From: Bacteroidia bacterium | Lineage (GTDB): Bacteria; Bacteroidota; Bacteroidia; AKYH767-A; OLB10 | Direction of reading: 5' to 3' | Length of the DNA stretch: 64,000 nucleotides | Assembly: GCA_046330075.1 (NCBI GenBank) | Contig: JAXLTL010000011.1 | Location: 27,243 to 91,242 of the forward strand | Part shown: piece after piece, positions 47,841-58,339 of the stretch | Layout of the letters: each line of letters opens with the position of its first letter | How positions within the stretch are numbered: the first letter of the stretch is position 1 | Program-made: the position numbers and the translations under genes | Notes under the pieces: generated by a model | Told to the model about the DNA's origin: nothing | What the model saw: the letters and a program-made list of their open reading frames with translations, nothing else | Database searches by the model: none

Positions 47841-48709
47841 AGTACGTTGGCCAGTTGTTCTTTCAGTTTCTCGAGTTCGTCCTTCATCTCTACCACAATG
47901 CGCTGCATCTGCGCATCATTTGCTTTTGCACCAATGGTATTGATTTCGCGTCCGATTTCCTGCGCAATGAAACCCAGCTTCTTTCCGTTTCCATCAACGC
48001 TGTTCAGGGTTTGCATAAAATAATCGCAATGGCTACGCAGGCGGACTTTCTCTTCGGAAATATCCAGTTTCTCGATGTAATAAATCAGTTCCTGCTCGAA
48101 CCGGTTATGGTCAATATTGCTTTGCTCCTGCAGTTCGGTGATGCTGCGCATGATCCGCTGACGGATATTCTCTACCCGCACCTGTTCAAACTCTTCCAGC
48201 TTCGGAATGGAATTCAGAATTACGGTAACGCGGTCTGTGGTATCTTTTCCTAACACCGCACCTTCGTTGTCGCGGAACTGATTGAATTTTTTAATCGCCT
48301 CTCCAATCAACGCTTTCAGTTCCTTCCACTGCGTTTCATCCGACTCTGCTTTATCCGCATTCATCACTGCCGGCATACGCAGGATGATATCCATCAGGTT
48401 CACATCGCTGAGGTGGTATTCCTTACCCAGACTCGTCAGCTCCTCAAAATACGCATTGAAGATTTCCTTGTTTACCGAACTGCGTTTTGCAAGGTCGTTG
48501 TTATCGAAAGAAATATTCAGGTCGGCTTTGCCGCGTTCCAGTTGCTTACCGAGATCGGCGCGGAGTTCCAGTTCACGATCACGGAACTGCATCGGCATAC
48601 GCACATTGAGTTCCAGAAATTTTGAATTCAGCGAACGGATTTCTACTGTAACACCCTGTCCTCCTACGAGGCCCTTGGCGTTACCATATCCGGTCATGGA
48701 TCGTACCAT
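47837..48709 (-). CDS. yicC: YicC family stress-induced protein
   Basis: MVRSMTGYG..., EIRSLNSKFLE, C-terminal ...GREINTIGAKAND...VVEMKDELEKLKEQLANV. 4-nt overlap with gmk. Confidence 0.85.
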   Translation of the reverse strand: MVRSMTGYGNAKGLVGGQGVTVEIRSLNSKFLELNVRMPMQFRDRELELRADLGKQLERGKADLNISFDNNDLAKRSSVNKEIFNAYFEELTSLGKEYHLSDVNLMDIILRMPAVMNADKAESDETQWKELKALIGEAIKKFNQFRDNEGAVLGKDTTDRVTVILNSIPKLEEFEQVRVENIRQRIMRSITELQEQSNIDHNRFEQELIYYIEKLDISEEKVRLRSHCDYFMQTLNSVDGNGKKLGFIAQEIGREINTIGAKANDAQMQRIVVEMKDELEKLKEQLANVL

Positions 48710-48794
48710 AAGATAGAATTAAGGCGCAAAAGTAGGGAATTAAACCATGGAATGAAAGACCTTTTCGTGCAGAAGGTATCTTCATTCAATACCG

Positions 48795-49697
48795 TTAAAT
48801 CAGCTCTCCCGCATCCCGTTTTCCACTCGTAGTGGTTAACCATACACCGGTAAAAATCAGCACAGCAGAAATAAAATGCAGGATGTTAGGGACATCCTTA
48901 CCGAGGATCATGGCAAAGCCTGCAGCCAGCAGCGGTTGGAGATAAATATACACGCTCACCACATTGGCGCTGAGTTCACGGAGAGCAATCGTGTTGAAGA
49001 GATACGCCAGAAAAGTAGTGCCAATCACTACAAAAGCCGTAGCCAGCCACATGCCGGTAGTAAAGGTTTCCCATTTGATTACCGTGAATTCCTCATAGCC
49101 AAACGGGAGCACCAGCAAGGAGCCTATGAGAAAGATAAACTGCATGATGGTAACCGGATGATACTTCTTCATCAACGGCAACACCATCACCAGATATATG
49201 GCGTAGCTGAACGAATTGAGGAGGATGCAAAGATCACCGGTGCTGTTACCGACTCCGGAACTGAAGCGATTGCCATAAAGAATCAGCATCACCGCGCCAC
49301 AGATACCGCTGGCAATACCAAACACTCTGCGCCAGCCGATCTTTTCTTTAAGGAAAATACCACTCAGAATGAGCACGAAAATCGGATTGGTAACCATGAT
49401 GAGTCCGCTGTTGATCGGACTCGTAAGCGACAATCCCTTAAAGAAAAACAGTTGATTAATCGCCACACCAAACACAGCACATCCCAGCAGCCGTGGCCAG
49501 TCGGCGCGGTGGATCTTTTCTCTGAACAGCAACTGCGCTGTCACCAGGAACAGTATGGTAGCCGTACACACCCGGATCACAATAAAACCAAAGGGGCGGA
49601 TATGTGTTGGCATCAGCCCCTTTGCAATCGAATAATTGGCGCCATAGATCACATTGGCAGTGAATACGGCAAGGTGTGAACGGAAATTATTCTTCAT
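48795..49697 (-). CDS. DMT superfamily (EamA-like) transporter
   Basis: Ten predicted TM helices in two EamA-like halves; 300 aa. Confidence 0.8.
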   Translation of the reverse strand: MKNNFRSHLAVFTANVIYGANYSIAKGLMPTHIRPFGFIVIRVCTATILFLVTAQLLFREKIHRADWPRLLGCAVFGVAINQLFFFKGLSLTSPINSGLIMVTNPIFVLILSGIFLKEKIGWRRVFGIASGICGAVMLILYGNRFSSGVGNSTGDLCILLNSFSYAIYLVMVLPLMKKYHPVTIMQFIFLIGSLLVLPFGYEEFTVIKWETFTTGMWLATAFVVIGTTFLAYLFNTIALRELSANVVSVYIYLQPLLAAGFAMILGKDVPNILHFISAVLIFTGVWLTTTSGKRDAGELI

Positions 49698-50044
49698 TTG
49701 AGGGCATCCTTCGCCGCAGCAACTACCTTAGCGGTATTTCCGATAAAGATCTGATCACCGGAGATGATCACCGGCCGCTTGAGGAATGTATATTCTTCGA
49801 GAATCAGTTTACGGTAATCCTTCTCCGTTAGTTCCTTTTCATGCAATCCCATGGCACGGTACTTCCGTGCGATACGACTGAACAAAGCCTCATACGAACC
49901 CGCCAGCTTCTTCATTTCATCAATTTGTGCCGGCGTTATGGGCTCGGTTTTGATGTCCTGAAGTTCCACTGACTTACCCGGTTTAATTTCTTTCAGAATA
50001 CGCTGATTGGTATCGCAGGTGCTGAGGTGATAGATTTTCTTCAT
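49694..50044 (-). CDS. ArsC/Spx/YffB family protein
   Basis: MKKIYHLSTCDTNQRILKE..., ...LKRPVII, about 116 aa. 4-nt overlap with the downstream gene. Confidence 0.75.
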   Translation of the reverse strand: MKKIYHLSTCDTNQRILKEIKPGKSVELQDIKTEPITPAQIDEMKKLAGSYEALFSRIARKYRAMGLHEKELTEKDYRKLILEEYTFLKRPVIISGDQIFIGNTAKVVAAAKDALK

Positions 50045-50081
50045 GGTTTTTCTGACTACAACAAATGCTGCTACTGATTGT

Positions 50082-50600
50082 TTACTTCGCCGCTGATTTG
50101 TCGAATAAGCTTTCTACGGCGCGGATATCGTCATTGCGGACCAATGCCGAGAACTCTGAGAAGACAATCTTCTGCACTCCGTCTTTTTTCTCGGTAATGG
50201 TTACCACCCGAAACGGAACATGAATGGTAGATATATCGATAATATCGGTAACATACATGAATTCGTTGAGCATGCGCACATCCCGTTTCTTCACGGTAAA
50301 GACTGCTTTTACGGTGGTATCTCTCGAGCGATCGCTCATATATGTTTTGATCTGGTCGAGATTCCAGTCTTCGAGGGGATCAGAACCGTACAGCTTAGCG
50401 TTAGGAGCCATCAAACTCAGCACTCCTGCCGAATCGCGACCTGTCAATGCCGCATAAAATTGATCAACAATTTTAATATTGCCATCGTTATCGGGAGTAT
50501 CGCCGGGTTTGATTTCCTTCGTTACGATTACTTCTTTGGGTTCGTGTTTGCAGGCAACTATTGAAAGTGCCATACAGCAAAACAGGAATATTTTTTTCAT
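50082..50600 (-). CDS. lipoprotein, NTF2/SnoaL-like fold candidate
   Basis: The likely start is MKKIFLFCCMALSIVAC (lipobox; codon 18 of the ORF). DQFYAALTGRDSAGVLSLMAPNAKLYG resembles DUF4440/SnoaL-type proteins. This is a weak call. Confidence 0.5.
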   Translation of the reverse strand: MKKIFLFCCMALSIVACKHEPKEVIVTKEIKPGDTPDNDGNIKIVDQFYAALTGRDSAGVLSLMAPNAKLYGSDPLEDWNLDQIKTYMSDRSRDTTVKAVFTVKKRDVRMLNEFMYVTDIIDISTIHVPFRVVTITEKKDGVQKIVFSEFSALVRNDDIRAVESLFDKSAAK

Positions 50601-50601
50601 T

Positions 50602-51354
50602 TCAGGCAGGTTTTTGAAGTCGGAACAAGAGGGGACGTGAAGGACTCGCATCGTTTTCGAAGGGTGCTGTTTGCAGATTCATAAAATAGAGTCCATCGGT
50701 GATGGAATCCGGAATATACACCAGCTCAGTGATGGTAGCATCGTAGCGCGTTTGCTGCGGATGATTCCAGAACGCATGATGTGCCGCGAGCGCACCACCA
50801 TCCTGCTCACGATCTACGCTGGGCAGATCGATGAGGAGATGACGTACACCCATCTCCCGCAGCCATGCAGCAGCTTCCGCTTCGAGATAGGCAGGATTGG
50901 TATTGGAATAATTTTTTCCGGTTTTATCATTTCCGTTCGGCATCGTACGCAGGATCACTGCTTCACTCACCTTCGGCAAGGCTGCTGTGAGAGTATCCAA
51001 TGAAATCACAAAATCTTCTCCGCGCTGTTCGGGTGCGATGGTCACTAATGTTGCGAAACAGAAGAACTCACGGAAGTGCTGATTAACGGAAACATCTTCG
51101 GCAGTAATATGTCCGACGGTTTCAGTATGTGTACCATGTCCGTGAGGATTAAAGAAGATATTCCGGAAATTGACAGAAGCACCGCTCTTCACTTCTCCCA
51201 CCCAATCGCCCATGCGCACGGGTTCAATGGTGAGCGGAGAGAGATACCAGGCCAGCACATGGCCTGCCTCCGGTGATAGCGGCAGTGAGATATCCAGTGG
51301 TTCGCCGAGGTTTATCGTATAGTCGTTCCCGTTATAGTGTACGATTGCTTTCAT
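50602..51354 (-). CDS. cyclase family protein (arylformamidase / kynurenine formamidase-like)
   Basis: HGHGTHTETVGH resembles the HxGTHxDxPxH cyclase motif; 250 aa. Confidence 0.6.
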   Translation of the reverse strand: MKAIVHYNGNDYTINLGEPLDISLPLSPEAGHVLAWYLSPLTIEPVRMGDWVGEVKSGASVNFRNIFFNPHGHGTHTETVGHITAEDVSVNQHFREFFCFATLVTIAPEQRGEDFVISLDTLTAALPKVSEAVILRTMPNGNDKTGKNYSNTNPAYLEAEAAAWLREMGVRHLLIDLPSVDREQDGGALAAHHAFWNHPQQTRYDATITELVYIPDSITDGLYFMNLQTAPFENDASPSRPLLFRLQKPA

Positions 51355-52481
51355 CAGATCACAAAGAGGTCGGAGGTGATTTTATCGGCAAAGAGGAGTC
51401 CCTGCCGCGAGAGTTTAAGATGATGGTCGCGGTGGATGAGCCACTCGCATTCAATGTATTTCCCGGCTGTTTCGAGGAGATTACCGAGCACGGCATCGCC
51501 GAATTCTTCGCGCACATCATCCGTTGACAATCCCTTACGGACCCGCAGCGAAGTAAGCACCAGCTCGTGAAAACGCTCTTTCACATCCAGTGATTCTGTC
51601 TCCGCTTCTCTCCTGTTCTCTGCAAGTGCTTGTACATACATGGCATTGCTGCTTACATTCCACGAGCGGACTTTACCATCATACGAATGTGCCGAGGGAC
51701 CAATACCCAGGTAAGGCAATCCCTTCCAGTAGCTGGTATTGTGCCTCGACTCAAATCCCGGCTTGCTGAAATTGGAAATTTCATACCAGGGGAATCCGGT
51801 ATCTTCCGCCATATCCAACAGCCACTGATACTGTGCCGCAGCAATTTCATCATCGGGAATTTTCACCATTCCCTTTTTAATCTGCCAGGCAAGCGCCGTT
51901 TTGGGCTCGATGGTGAGTCCATAGCAGGAGATATGCGTAATCGGCAAGGCCAGAGCCATCTTCACATTCTCCTTCCAGGCATCGAAGGAAAGCGAGGGAA
52001 GACCAAAGATCAGATCAACCGAAAGGTTTTCGAAGCCGGCATCTGCAGCATCCAGTGCGCAGCGTTCGGCCTGCTCAGCATTGTGTGCCCGGTTCATCAT
52101 CTTCAGGTCTTCATCTCTGAACGACTGGATACCGATACTGAAACGATTCACCGGTGTCCGCTTAAACATCTTCAGCTGCTCCTTCGATAAATCATCGGGA
52201 TTAGCCTCGAGTGTGATTTCTGCGTCGTGGGAGACATTGAACGTCGTATAGATCTTCTCGAAAAAAGCCATCAGCTCATCATAACTTAACAGAGAAGGTG
52301 TACCACCGCCAAAATAAATGGTTTGGATGGTTTCACCGGCTACTTCTCCACTGCGCATAGAGATCTCCTTCAGCATGGCCGATAAAACATCTTCCTTACC
52401 ACGATGAGAGGTGGTAAAATGGAAGTCGCAATAATGACAGGCTTGCTTGCAGAAGGGGATATGCAGGTAAATACCGGACAT
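51354..52481 (-). CDS. hemW: radical SAM family heme chaperone HemW (HemN-like)
   Basis: IYLHIPFCKQACHYCDF (CxxxCxxC), GGGTPS, HemN_C-like tail. Confidence 0.9.
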   Translation of the reverse strand: MSGIYLHIPFCKQACHYCDFHFTTSHRGKEDVLSAMLKEISMRSGEVAGETIQTIYFGGGTPSLLSYDELMAFFEKIYTTFNVSHDAEITLEANPDDLSKEQLKMFKRTPVNRFSIGIQSFRDEDLKMMNRAHNAEQAERCALDAADAGFENLSVDLIFGLPSLSFDAWKENVKMALALPITHISCYGLTIEPKTALAWQIKKGMVKIPDDEIAAAQYQWLLDMAEDTGFPWYEISNFSKPGFESRHNTSYWKGLPYLGIGPSAHSYDGKVRSWNVSSNAMYVQALAENRREAETESLDVKERFHELVLTSLRVRKGLSTDDVREEFGDAVLGNLLETAGKYIECEWLIHRDHHLKLSRQGLLFADKITSDLFVI

Positions 52482-52510
52482 GGCTCAAAGGTCGGAAAAA
52501 TACCTGTGCA

Positions 52511-52545
52511 AGAAAAAGCCGGGATACCTTTGCAGTATCCCGGCT
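52511..52545 (-). terminator. rho-independent terminator downstream of 52560..54299
   Basis: Minus strand: agccgggatac tgcaaagg tatcccggct followed by ttttt. Confidence 0.75.
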
Positions 52546-52559
52546 GATCTGCTCTTTAT

Positions 52560-54299
52560 TTAATGAGATATGATAAACCGAAACGATGAGGGGCGATTTC
52601 CGGAGAGCACGCCCAGATAAAGTCCCGCCGGCAGTGAACGGACATCCACCTTGAATGAACGTTCGTTCCGGATGACAGGAGTACGTACCAATGTGCCTTT
52701 AGCATCATACAGCAGCAATGTCTCAGCTTGTTGAAATTCATCTGTGCTGATCCACAACCAATCATCGGCAGGATTCGGATACAGGCTTCCTGAAAACGGC
52801 TGCATATCTTCTATACCTGTTACAGCATTAGAAAGCTTAAGCACAAACGAGCCTGAAGTCAACAACGGACAACTTAAATTGTAGATCGTATTGTTCGGAT
52901 CAAAATCCAACGTTCCGCCGAAATAACCACACTCGTAAATCGTATTATTCCCATCTGCAACCAGCGAGCGTCCTGCATTACCGGATCCATATCCGTTTAT
53001 CAACCGGCCCCAGCTAAGTGAACCATCACTATTCAATCCAACGATGCATTCATACATTGGAAAATTTCCGGTTGTAGCGGTAATATTATACGTTCCAACA
53101 GAATCAGGATCGAGATCAATCGTGCCACCGAATTGTCCGAGCATATAACTATGTCCGTCAGGCAACACTGCGAGGTGACCTGAATAATCAGAATAGTTTG
53201 CGCCGAATACATCACACCACTGATAAACTCCGGCTGAAGAAAGCTTCGCAACAAACATATCCATTGTTGACATAAATGATTGCTTTGACGCGGTGCCTGC
53301 TCCCGGATCAAAATCGATGGTCCCGCTGAAATTTCCATTCACATACATGTTGCCTGCCGCATCTACTCCAATACCATCCAGCTGACAAGCAGAAGGCGAA
53401 GTAGTAGGTTCGAATACATACCTGGCAACAAATTGGCCGGTGGAACTCAATTTCAAAACGAGTCCGCCTACATTTCCACTGCTGATGGTCACCAGTTGTG
53501 TTCCTGCTCCCGGATCGACATCCAGCGTACCCAGCACGCGGGCAGTAATTAAAAGTTCACCATTGTTGTTCGTTTTTAAATCTGTGATGGCATCCACATA
53601 CGGACCACCGAGGTTGAACGCACTCACATACGCTCCATTGCCGTCCATCTTCACAACGATCGCATCGTCCATCCCATTTGATTGAATCATACTTACACCG
53701 GTACCCGGATCTGCGTCGATAGAATCCTTGAAGTTAAAGGATAGGTATAAGAAGCCTGATCCATCCACCATCATCGTACTCTGCGAATTTGAGCCGGCGT
53801 TGCCCAATGATCTTCCCCAGATAAAATTTCCGAGGCCGTTCAATTTCGCAATGAACACATCGTTATCGCCTGTTGAAGTGACCTGATTCGACAGAACGGT
53901 ATCAGGGTTCAGATCAACACTGCCTTTAAAAACACCTGCAATATAAATATTACCTGCAGCATCTTCCTGTATTGCCTGAACCCTCACTTCGGAAGAACCC
54001 TGAAAACTTTTTGCCCACTGGAGGTCACCAGCCGCATTCAGGTAGGCGAGGAAACCAGTCGACACTCCTGTACCGGAGAGAAATAAACTGTTTGCTGAAG
54101 GATCAAAGTCAATAGCCCCTTTGAAATCCCCGCCTACGAGCACACCGGAACCCGAGGGTTCAATCACACTGTTGTACACGGAAGGATATCCGGTTGCATT
54201 GGAAGCGGCGAAAGCTTTCGCCCAGACGAGGTTCGCCTGCTGTGCGTTTACCGCGACTGTGGATAGCAGTCCGGCAAACAAGAGAATAATTTTTTTCAT
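52560..54299 (-). CDS. secreted SBBP-type beta-propeller repeat protein with T9SS type-A CTD
   Basis: Signal peptide MKKIILLFAGLLSTVAVNAQ. Repeats G.F.G..D.DPG.G. CTD LYPNPADDWLWIST...GLYLGVLSGNRPSSFRFIISH. Confidence 0.8.
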   Translation of the reverse strand: MKKIILLFAGLLSTVAVNAQQANLVWAKAFAASNATGYPSVYNSVIEPSGSGVLVGGDFKGAIDFDPSANSLFLSGTGVSTGFLAYLNAAGDLQWAKSFQGSSEVRVQAIQEDAAGNIYIAGVFKGSVDLNPDTVLSNQVTSTGDNDVFIAKLNGLGNFIWGRSLGNAGSNSQSTMMVDGSGFLYLSFNFKDSIDADPGTGVSMIQSNGMDDAIVVKMDGNGAYVSAFNLGGPYVDAITDLKTNNNGELLITARVLGTLDVDPGAGTQLVTISSGNVGGLVLKLSSTGQFVARYVFEPTTSPSACQLDGIGVDAAGNMYVNGNFSGTIDFDPGAGTASKQSFMSTMDMFVAKLSSAGVYQWCDVFGANYSDYSGHLAVLPDGHSYMLGQFGGTIDLDPDSVGTYNITATTGNFPMYECIVGLNSDGSLSWGRLINGYGSGNAGRSLVADGNNTIYECGYFGGTLDFDPNNTIYNLSCPLLTSGSFVLKLSNAVTGIEDMQPFSGSLYPNPADDWLWISTDEFQQAETLLLYDAKGTLVRTPVIRNERSFKVDVRSLPAGLYLGVLSGNRPSSFRFIISH

Positions 54300-54382
54300 A
54301 ATCGGTCAATTTGCGTGTGACCCGAATATACAGAAAACTCTTTTAATAATCCCAACTCTTATAAAGCAAGACCCGACCCTCT

Positions 54383-55537
54383 TCAGGATTTCTTGAGTAC
54401 AATACGGAAGGTAGTGCCTTTGTTCGGCTCTGAACTCTTCACAAAAATCTGTCCGCCATGATACTCTTCCACAATACGTTTTGAGAGCGAAAGCCCGAGA
54501 CCCCAACCGCGGTTTTTGCTTGTATAACCCGGTTTAAAAACTGTTTTATACTTTGACTTCGGAATGCCCTTGCCGGTATCCGTTACATCGATATACACAA
54601 ATTGATGCTGATCGGCGATGCGGATAGAGATGCTGCCTTCGCCGCTCATGGCATCGATGGCATTCTTGAACAGATTCTCGAGCACCCACTCGAACAGCGG
54701 CACATTCACCGGAGCTTCCACGTCGTAATTCTGTTGGTTTTGCAGACTGAAACTAACACGGGAAGAAGTGCGGGTACGGATATAATCCACCGACGACTGG
54801 AGCACCTGTGTCATGTTCTCCTTCTTCAGTGCAGGAGCAGCGCCGATCTTGGAGAAACGTTCGGTGATAGTATTGAGGCGGATCAGATCCTTTTCGATTT
54901 CGGGCAGATGTTCTTCCGGTTGCGGTTTCGACTTGAGATATTCAAGCCAGGCCATTAATGAAGAGAGTGGCGTACCCAGCTGATGTGCCGTTTCCTTGGC
55001 CATACCCACCCATACCTGGTTTTGCTCTGCTTTACGGCTGGAAGAAAACGCGAGATAAGAGACACCGAGAAAAAGTGCGATCACAGCCAGCTGGAAATAC
55101 GGATAATACCGAAGCTGAGCAAGAAGGTACGAATCCTTGTAGAAAATAAAATTCTTCTGATCCTCTGCGAAGGCAATCTCTATGGGTTCATGCTGTTCCT
55201 TCATCTCCGCCAGTTCATCCGCTACATAAATCGAATCATCGAGTCGCAGGCTATCCAGATTCCTGGTAGAAATTACCACATGATGCTCATCGGTAAGTAC
55301 CACCGGAACGGTGGTATTATCGGTCAATACAGAAAGTGCAAAACTGATATCTCCCGGTTCCGCGTTGATATCGGAAATCTGTCGTGTAGCCTCTGCCCAA
55401 AGCTCTACCTTCTTTTTTTCTTCGGCAGAGAGCTTCTTCACCAGTTGGTTTGTGTACAGAAGGGAGCCAACGCCAATAGCCAGGGCAATGAATAAAAGGA
55501 CCAGTTTCCAGCGCTGCTTTCGGGTGTAGATATTCAC
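54383..55537 (-). CDS. sensor histidine kinase (two TM segments, HisKA + HATPase_c)
   Basis: H-box ETAHQLGTPLSSL, N-box LFKNAIDA, G-boxes DTGKGI and GWGLGLS. There is no adjacent response regulator. Confidence 0.85.
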   Translation of the reverse strand: MNIYTRKQRWKLVLLFIALAIGVGSLLYTNQLVKKLSAEEKKKVELWAEATRQISDINAEPGDISFALSVLTDNTTVPVVLTDEHHVVISTRNLDSLRLDDSIYVADELAEMKEQHEPIEIAFAEDQKNFIFYKDSYLLAQLRYYPYFQLAVIALFLGVSYLAFSSSRKAEQNQVWVGMAKETAHQLGTPLSSLMAWLEYLKSKPQPEEHLPEIEKDLIRLNTITERFSKIGAAPALKKENMTQVLQSSVDYIRTRTSSRVSFSLQNQQNYDVEAPVNVPLFEWVLENLFKNAIDAMSGEGSISIRIADQHQFVYIDVTDTGKGIPKSKYKTVFKPGYTSKNRGWGLGLSLSKRIVEEYHGGQIFVKSSEPNKGTTFRIVLKKS

Positions 55538-55581
55538 AGAAGCAAATTAGGACTGTAAAAATACGGCTTTCGGAGGAATGA

Positions 55582-58083
55582 TCACTCCTCTTCCAGCTCC
55601 AGTTCCAGTTCTTCCTGCTTTTTCGACTGGTTGTCAACCTTCTTGGTAACCGTTGAGTCTTTTTTAAACCATCCGAATTCCTTGTTTAAGATGGATTTCA
55701 GGTCCTGTTTTTCACGTTTGATGTCGGTGGCGATCTTCTGCTCAATACCCTTGCGGTCGTACGTAATTTTTGGATCTGCCACCGGACCTTTCATGGTGAG
55801 AAAGAGCTTCATGCGTCCCAGACCGTCATCTTCGATGGTTCCGAATTCCGTGTTCCTGTCGCGTACCTTCTTTCCCAGTATTTGTGAAAGATAGAGCTGC
55901 AGTTTATAATCCACCATGTTGCTAAAACTATGCGTACCCGACATGGTAAGGTCCATCACGCTGGAGCGGATTTCCATCGTTGGAATGTTAATCAGTTGAT
56001 TGCTGATCTCGATTTCATTCTGCAGTGTTTCGAATTTTATCTTCTGCAAGTCGGCTCCTTTCAGATAACGGGAGAGGGCCAGCATCGGTTGAAAATCGTT
56101 CAGCTCGCCTTTGTCGATGGTCAGTTTGCTTTTTGCGTAGACCTTATTGAAATTACAATGCAGCGATTTACTCCACACCGATGCGAACTGCACAGATGCC
56201 GTCAGTTTTCCTTTTACATTTTTATCCTGCATCACCTCCTGACCGAAGTTACCAAGCTGCGTAAACATCTCCGTCACGTCGAGATTTTTCAACGTGGCAT
56301 CACAGGCGATCAACAAGCTATCTCCCCGGGAAGCATCCATACGTCCATTCAGTTGCAGATACCCTTCAAACGCTTTGAAGGAGATGGCGTTTCCTGACAG
56401 TACTTTATCCGAAAGCAACAGTTTACCGTTCACCTGCCAGGCCTGGAATTTTCTGAAGCTGAGTATTCCGATTTCAACACCCAGCTCCATACGGATACGG
56501 TTACTGAAATCAAGACGATAGGAAGTATCGGCAGAAGTATTGGATTTATCTTCGAGCAGTTCGTTGAGATCAAGGTTCCGGCAACGGAGATGAGCTATTG
56601 CTTTCAGCGACTCCTGCTCGCTTAACACGAAGGCATATACATTGTCAAAGGTACCATCAACACTGAAATCGCTGCCTGCAGCCTTACCACTCAGCTGCGT
56701 CACCGTTAGACGGTTTCCGAACAGCGTCAGCCGGCCGTTGATATCCTCCACGACCACCGGACTCTCCTTCAGTTTCAATGATACATGTGCGGCCTCCACT
56801 ATACCTTCGGATACCCAGCCTACGGGATCACCGGCCCGGCCCTTGATACGTGCATCTACCAGCAAGGATCCCTTCATCGACTCCAGCGTATCAGGCAGGT
56901 AAAAACGACTCAGAACTTCGAGGTCGATACGTGATTTGGCGGAGAGGCTCAGCGTCGGCTGTGCGAAATTTTCCATCACAACGTCCATCTTCAGCGGTTG
57001 ACCCTGCAGACGGGCCTCCACGCCATTCAGCGATAAACGCTCATGTGGCTGAGAGGGTGAAATGCGGTTGGTATAATTACCTTTGAACCGGATATTACTC
57101 AATGAATAATCGCTTCCCGAAGGACGCAAGGAGGCATTCTGCGAACCAAACTCACAGGCTACGAGTGGCTGCTCCGTATTGCTGATATTTCCACTCAGAC
57201 GGAGGTTAAAATAAATGGTTCCTTCGTACTCATACTGACGCAACTTCTCAGTATATACACCCGGGATAAGTGACAATAACTCACGAAGTCCGGCATCCTT
57301 GCTCTGCACTTTCAGGTCCACCGTTGTTGTTTCGCCCTTCTCTCTGAAAAAACCATCTACACCCAGATTCAGATCAGCTACACTCAGTGTACTCTCTTTA
57401 ATTTCATACAGGCCCTGACGCTTATCGATGCGAACAGCGAGATGCAGACGGGTATTCTTGGCAGGTATATAATTTACATCTCCTGACTTAAACCGCTCCA
57501 CAAACAGGTCGCCGTCACCGGTGAGGTCGTAAATATCTTCACTGAAACGGCCGCCCCATTTCATCTCCTTTGCGTGTAAAGCATAATCGCGCTTCCCGGA
57601 CACACTGCGATAATGCACCGTGGTTTCATGAAGGATGATCTCCTCAAGACCCAATGAAAACGACGATTTATTGCTTCCCTTCCGGAAGATGTCGTAGTTC
57701 TCCTTTCCACCGGCATCCACATACAGATTACAAATGGCATCCTCAACAGCGATTTTCTTCAGTTTCACATCATCGCTGAACACATCCCAGATACTGAACT
57801 GCAGAAATACGTGGCGGGCATCGAGCAGTTGTTCACGTGTACCGGCCACCGGAGCGCCTTTGGTGCGAACCCCGGAAAAATCGACGCTGGCATACGGAAA
57901 CTTACGGAGAAGTGAAAAATTGATATCGTCCACACTCACCGGCACCACCAGGTATGTATTGATCTGCTGCACGGCCAGCTCCTTGATCCTTGGTCCCAAC
58001 AGCCATGCGGCCACTGTAGCCAGCAGAAAAAGGGATACAGGAATCCCCAGCAGAATCAGCAACCAACGTTTCTTTTTACTCAC
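55582..58083 (-). CDS. AsmA family protein
   Basis: N-terminal anchor KKRWLLILLGIPVSLFLLATVAAWLL followed by a long beta-rich periplasmic region; 833 aa. C-terminal acidic tail. Confidence 0.75.
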   Translation of the reverse strand: MSKKKRWLLILLGIPVSLFLLATVAAWLLGPRIKELAVQQINTYLVVPVSVDDINFSLLRKFPYASVDFSGVRTKGAPVAGTREQLLDARHVFLQFSIWDVFSDDVKLKKIAVEDAICNLYVDAGGKENYDIFRKGSNKSSFSLGLEEIILHETTVHYRSVSGKRDYALHAKEMKWGGRFSEDIYDLTGDGDLFVERFKSGDVNYIPAKNTRLHLAVRIDKRQGLYEIKESTLSVADLNLGVDGFFREKGETTTVDLKVQSKDAGLRELLSLIPGVYTEKLRQYEYEGTIYFNLRLSGNISNTEQPLVACEFGSQNASLRPSGSDYSLSNIRFKGNYTNRISPSQPHERLSLNGVEARLQGQPLKMDVVMENFAQPTLSLSAKSRIDLEVLSRFYLPDTLESMKGSLLVDARIKGRAGDPVGWVSEGIVEAAHVSLKLKESPVVVEDINGRLTLFGNRLTVTQLSGKAAGSDFSVDGTFDNVYAFVLSEQESLKAIAHLRCRNLDLNELLEDKSNTSADTSYRLDFSNRIRMELGVEIGILSFRKFQAWQVNGKLLLSDKVLSGNAISFKAFEGYLQLNGRMDASRGDSLLIACDATLKNLDVTEMFTQLGNFGQEVMQDKNVKGKLTASVQFASVWSKSLHCNFNKVYAKSKLTIDKGELNDFQPMLALSRYLKGADLQKIKFETLQNEIEISNQLINIPTMEIRSSVMDLTMSGTHSFSNMVDYKLQLYLSQILGKKVRDRNTEFGTIEDDGLGRMKLFLTMKGPVADPKITYDRKGIEQKIATDIKREKQDLKSILNKEFGWFKKDSTVTKKVDNQSKKQEELELELEEE

Positions 58084-58209
58084 CGGACGAAGATAGAACG
58101 TAAATCTCCTCCGAAAATTGATTTAAAAGGTTAAAAATTCACAAAGTTCTGTGAACTGGCTGAAGGAACAGGCAAGACTTCTCCTCAGGACAGGTTGAAT
58201 CTTTCCGCA

Positions 58210-58229
58210 GGACAGGTCGCGACCTGTCC
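58210..58229. repeat. 20-bp perfect palindrome with GGTCGCGACC core
   Basis: ggacaggtcgcgacctgtcc. It has the same 10-bp core as six copies in the composite repeats. Confidence 0.9.
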
Positions 58230-58339
58230 CTACATTACGAAATGTCCGTACATGAAATAATCCGGCCGGTCCTCCTTTGAACGATTGGCGCTGTGTTCGC
58301 GGGAAGCCGGCCGGGGAATAATAAAATTACGTTGTGACC

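Noticed and set aside
54383-58083. AsmA-family gene followed by an orphan histidine kinase, considered as a possible envelope-sensing system.
   Set aside because: The only evidence is adjacency on the same strand with a 44-nt gap. There is no response regulator and no unusual domains, and orphan kinases are common.
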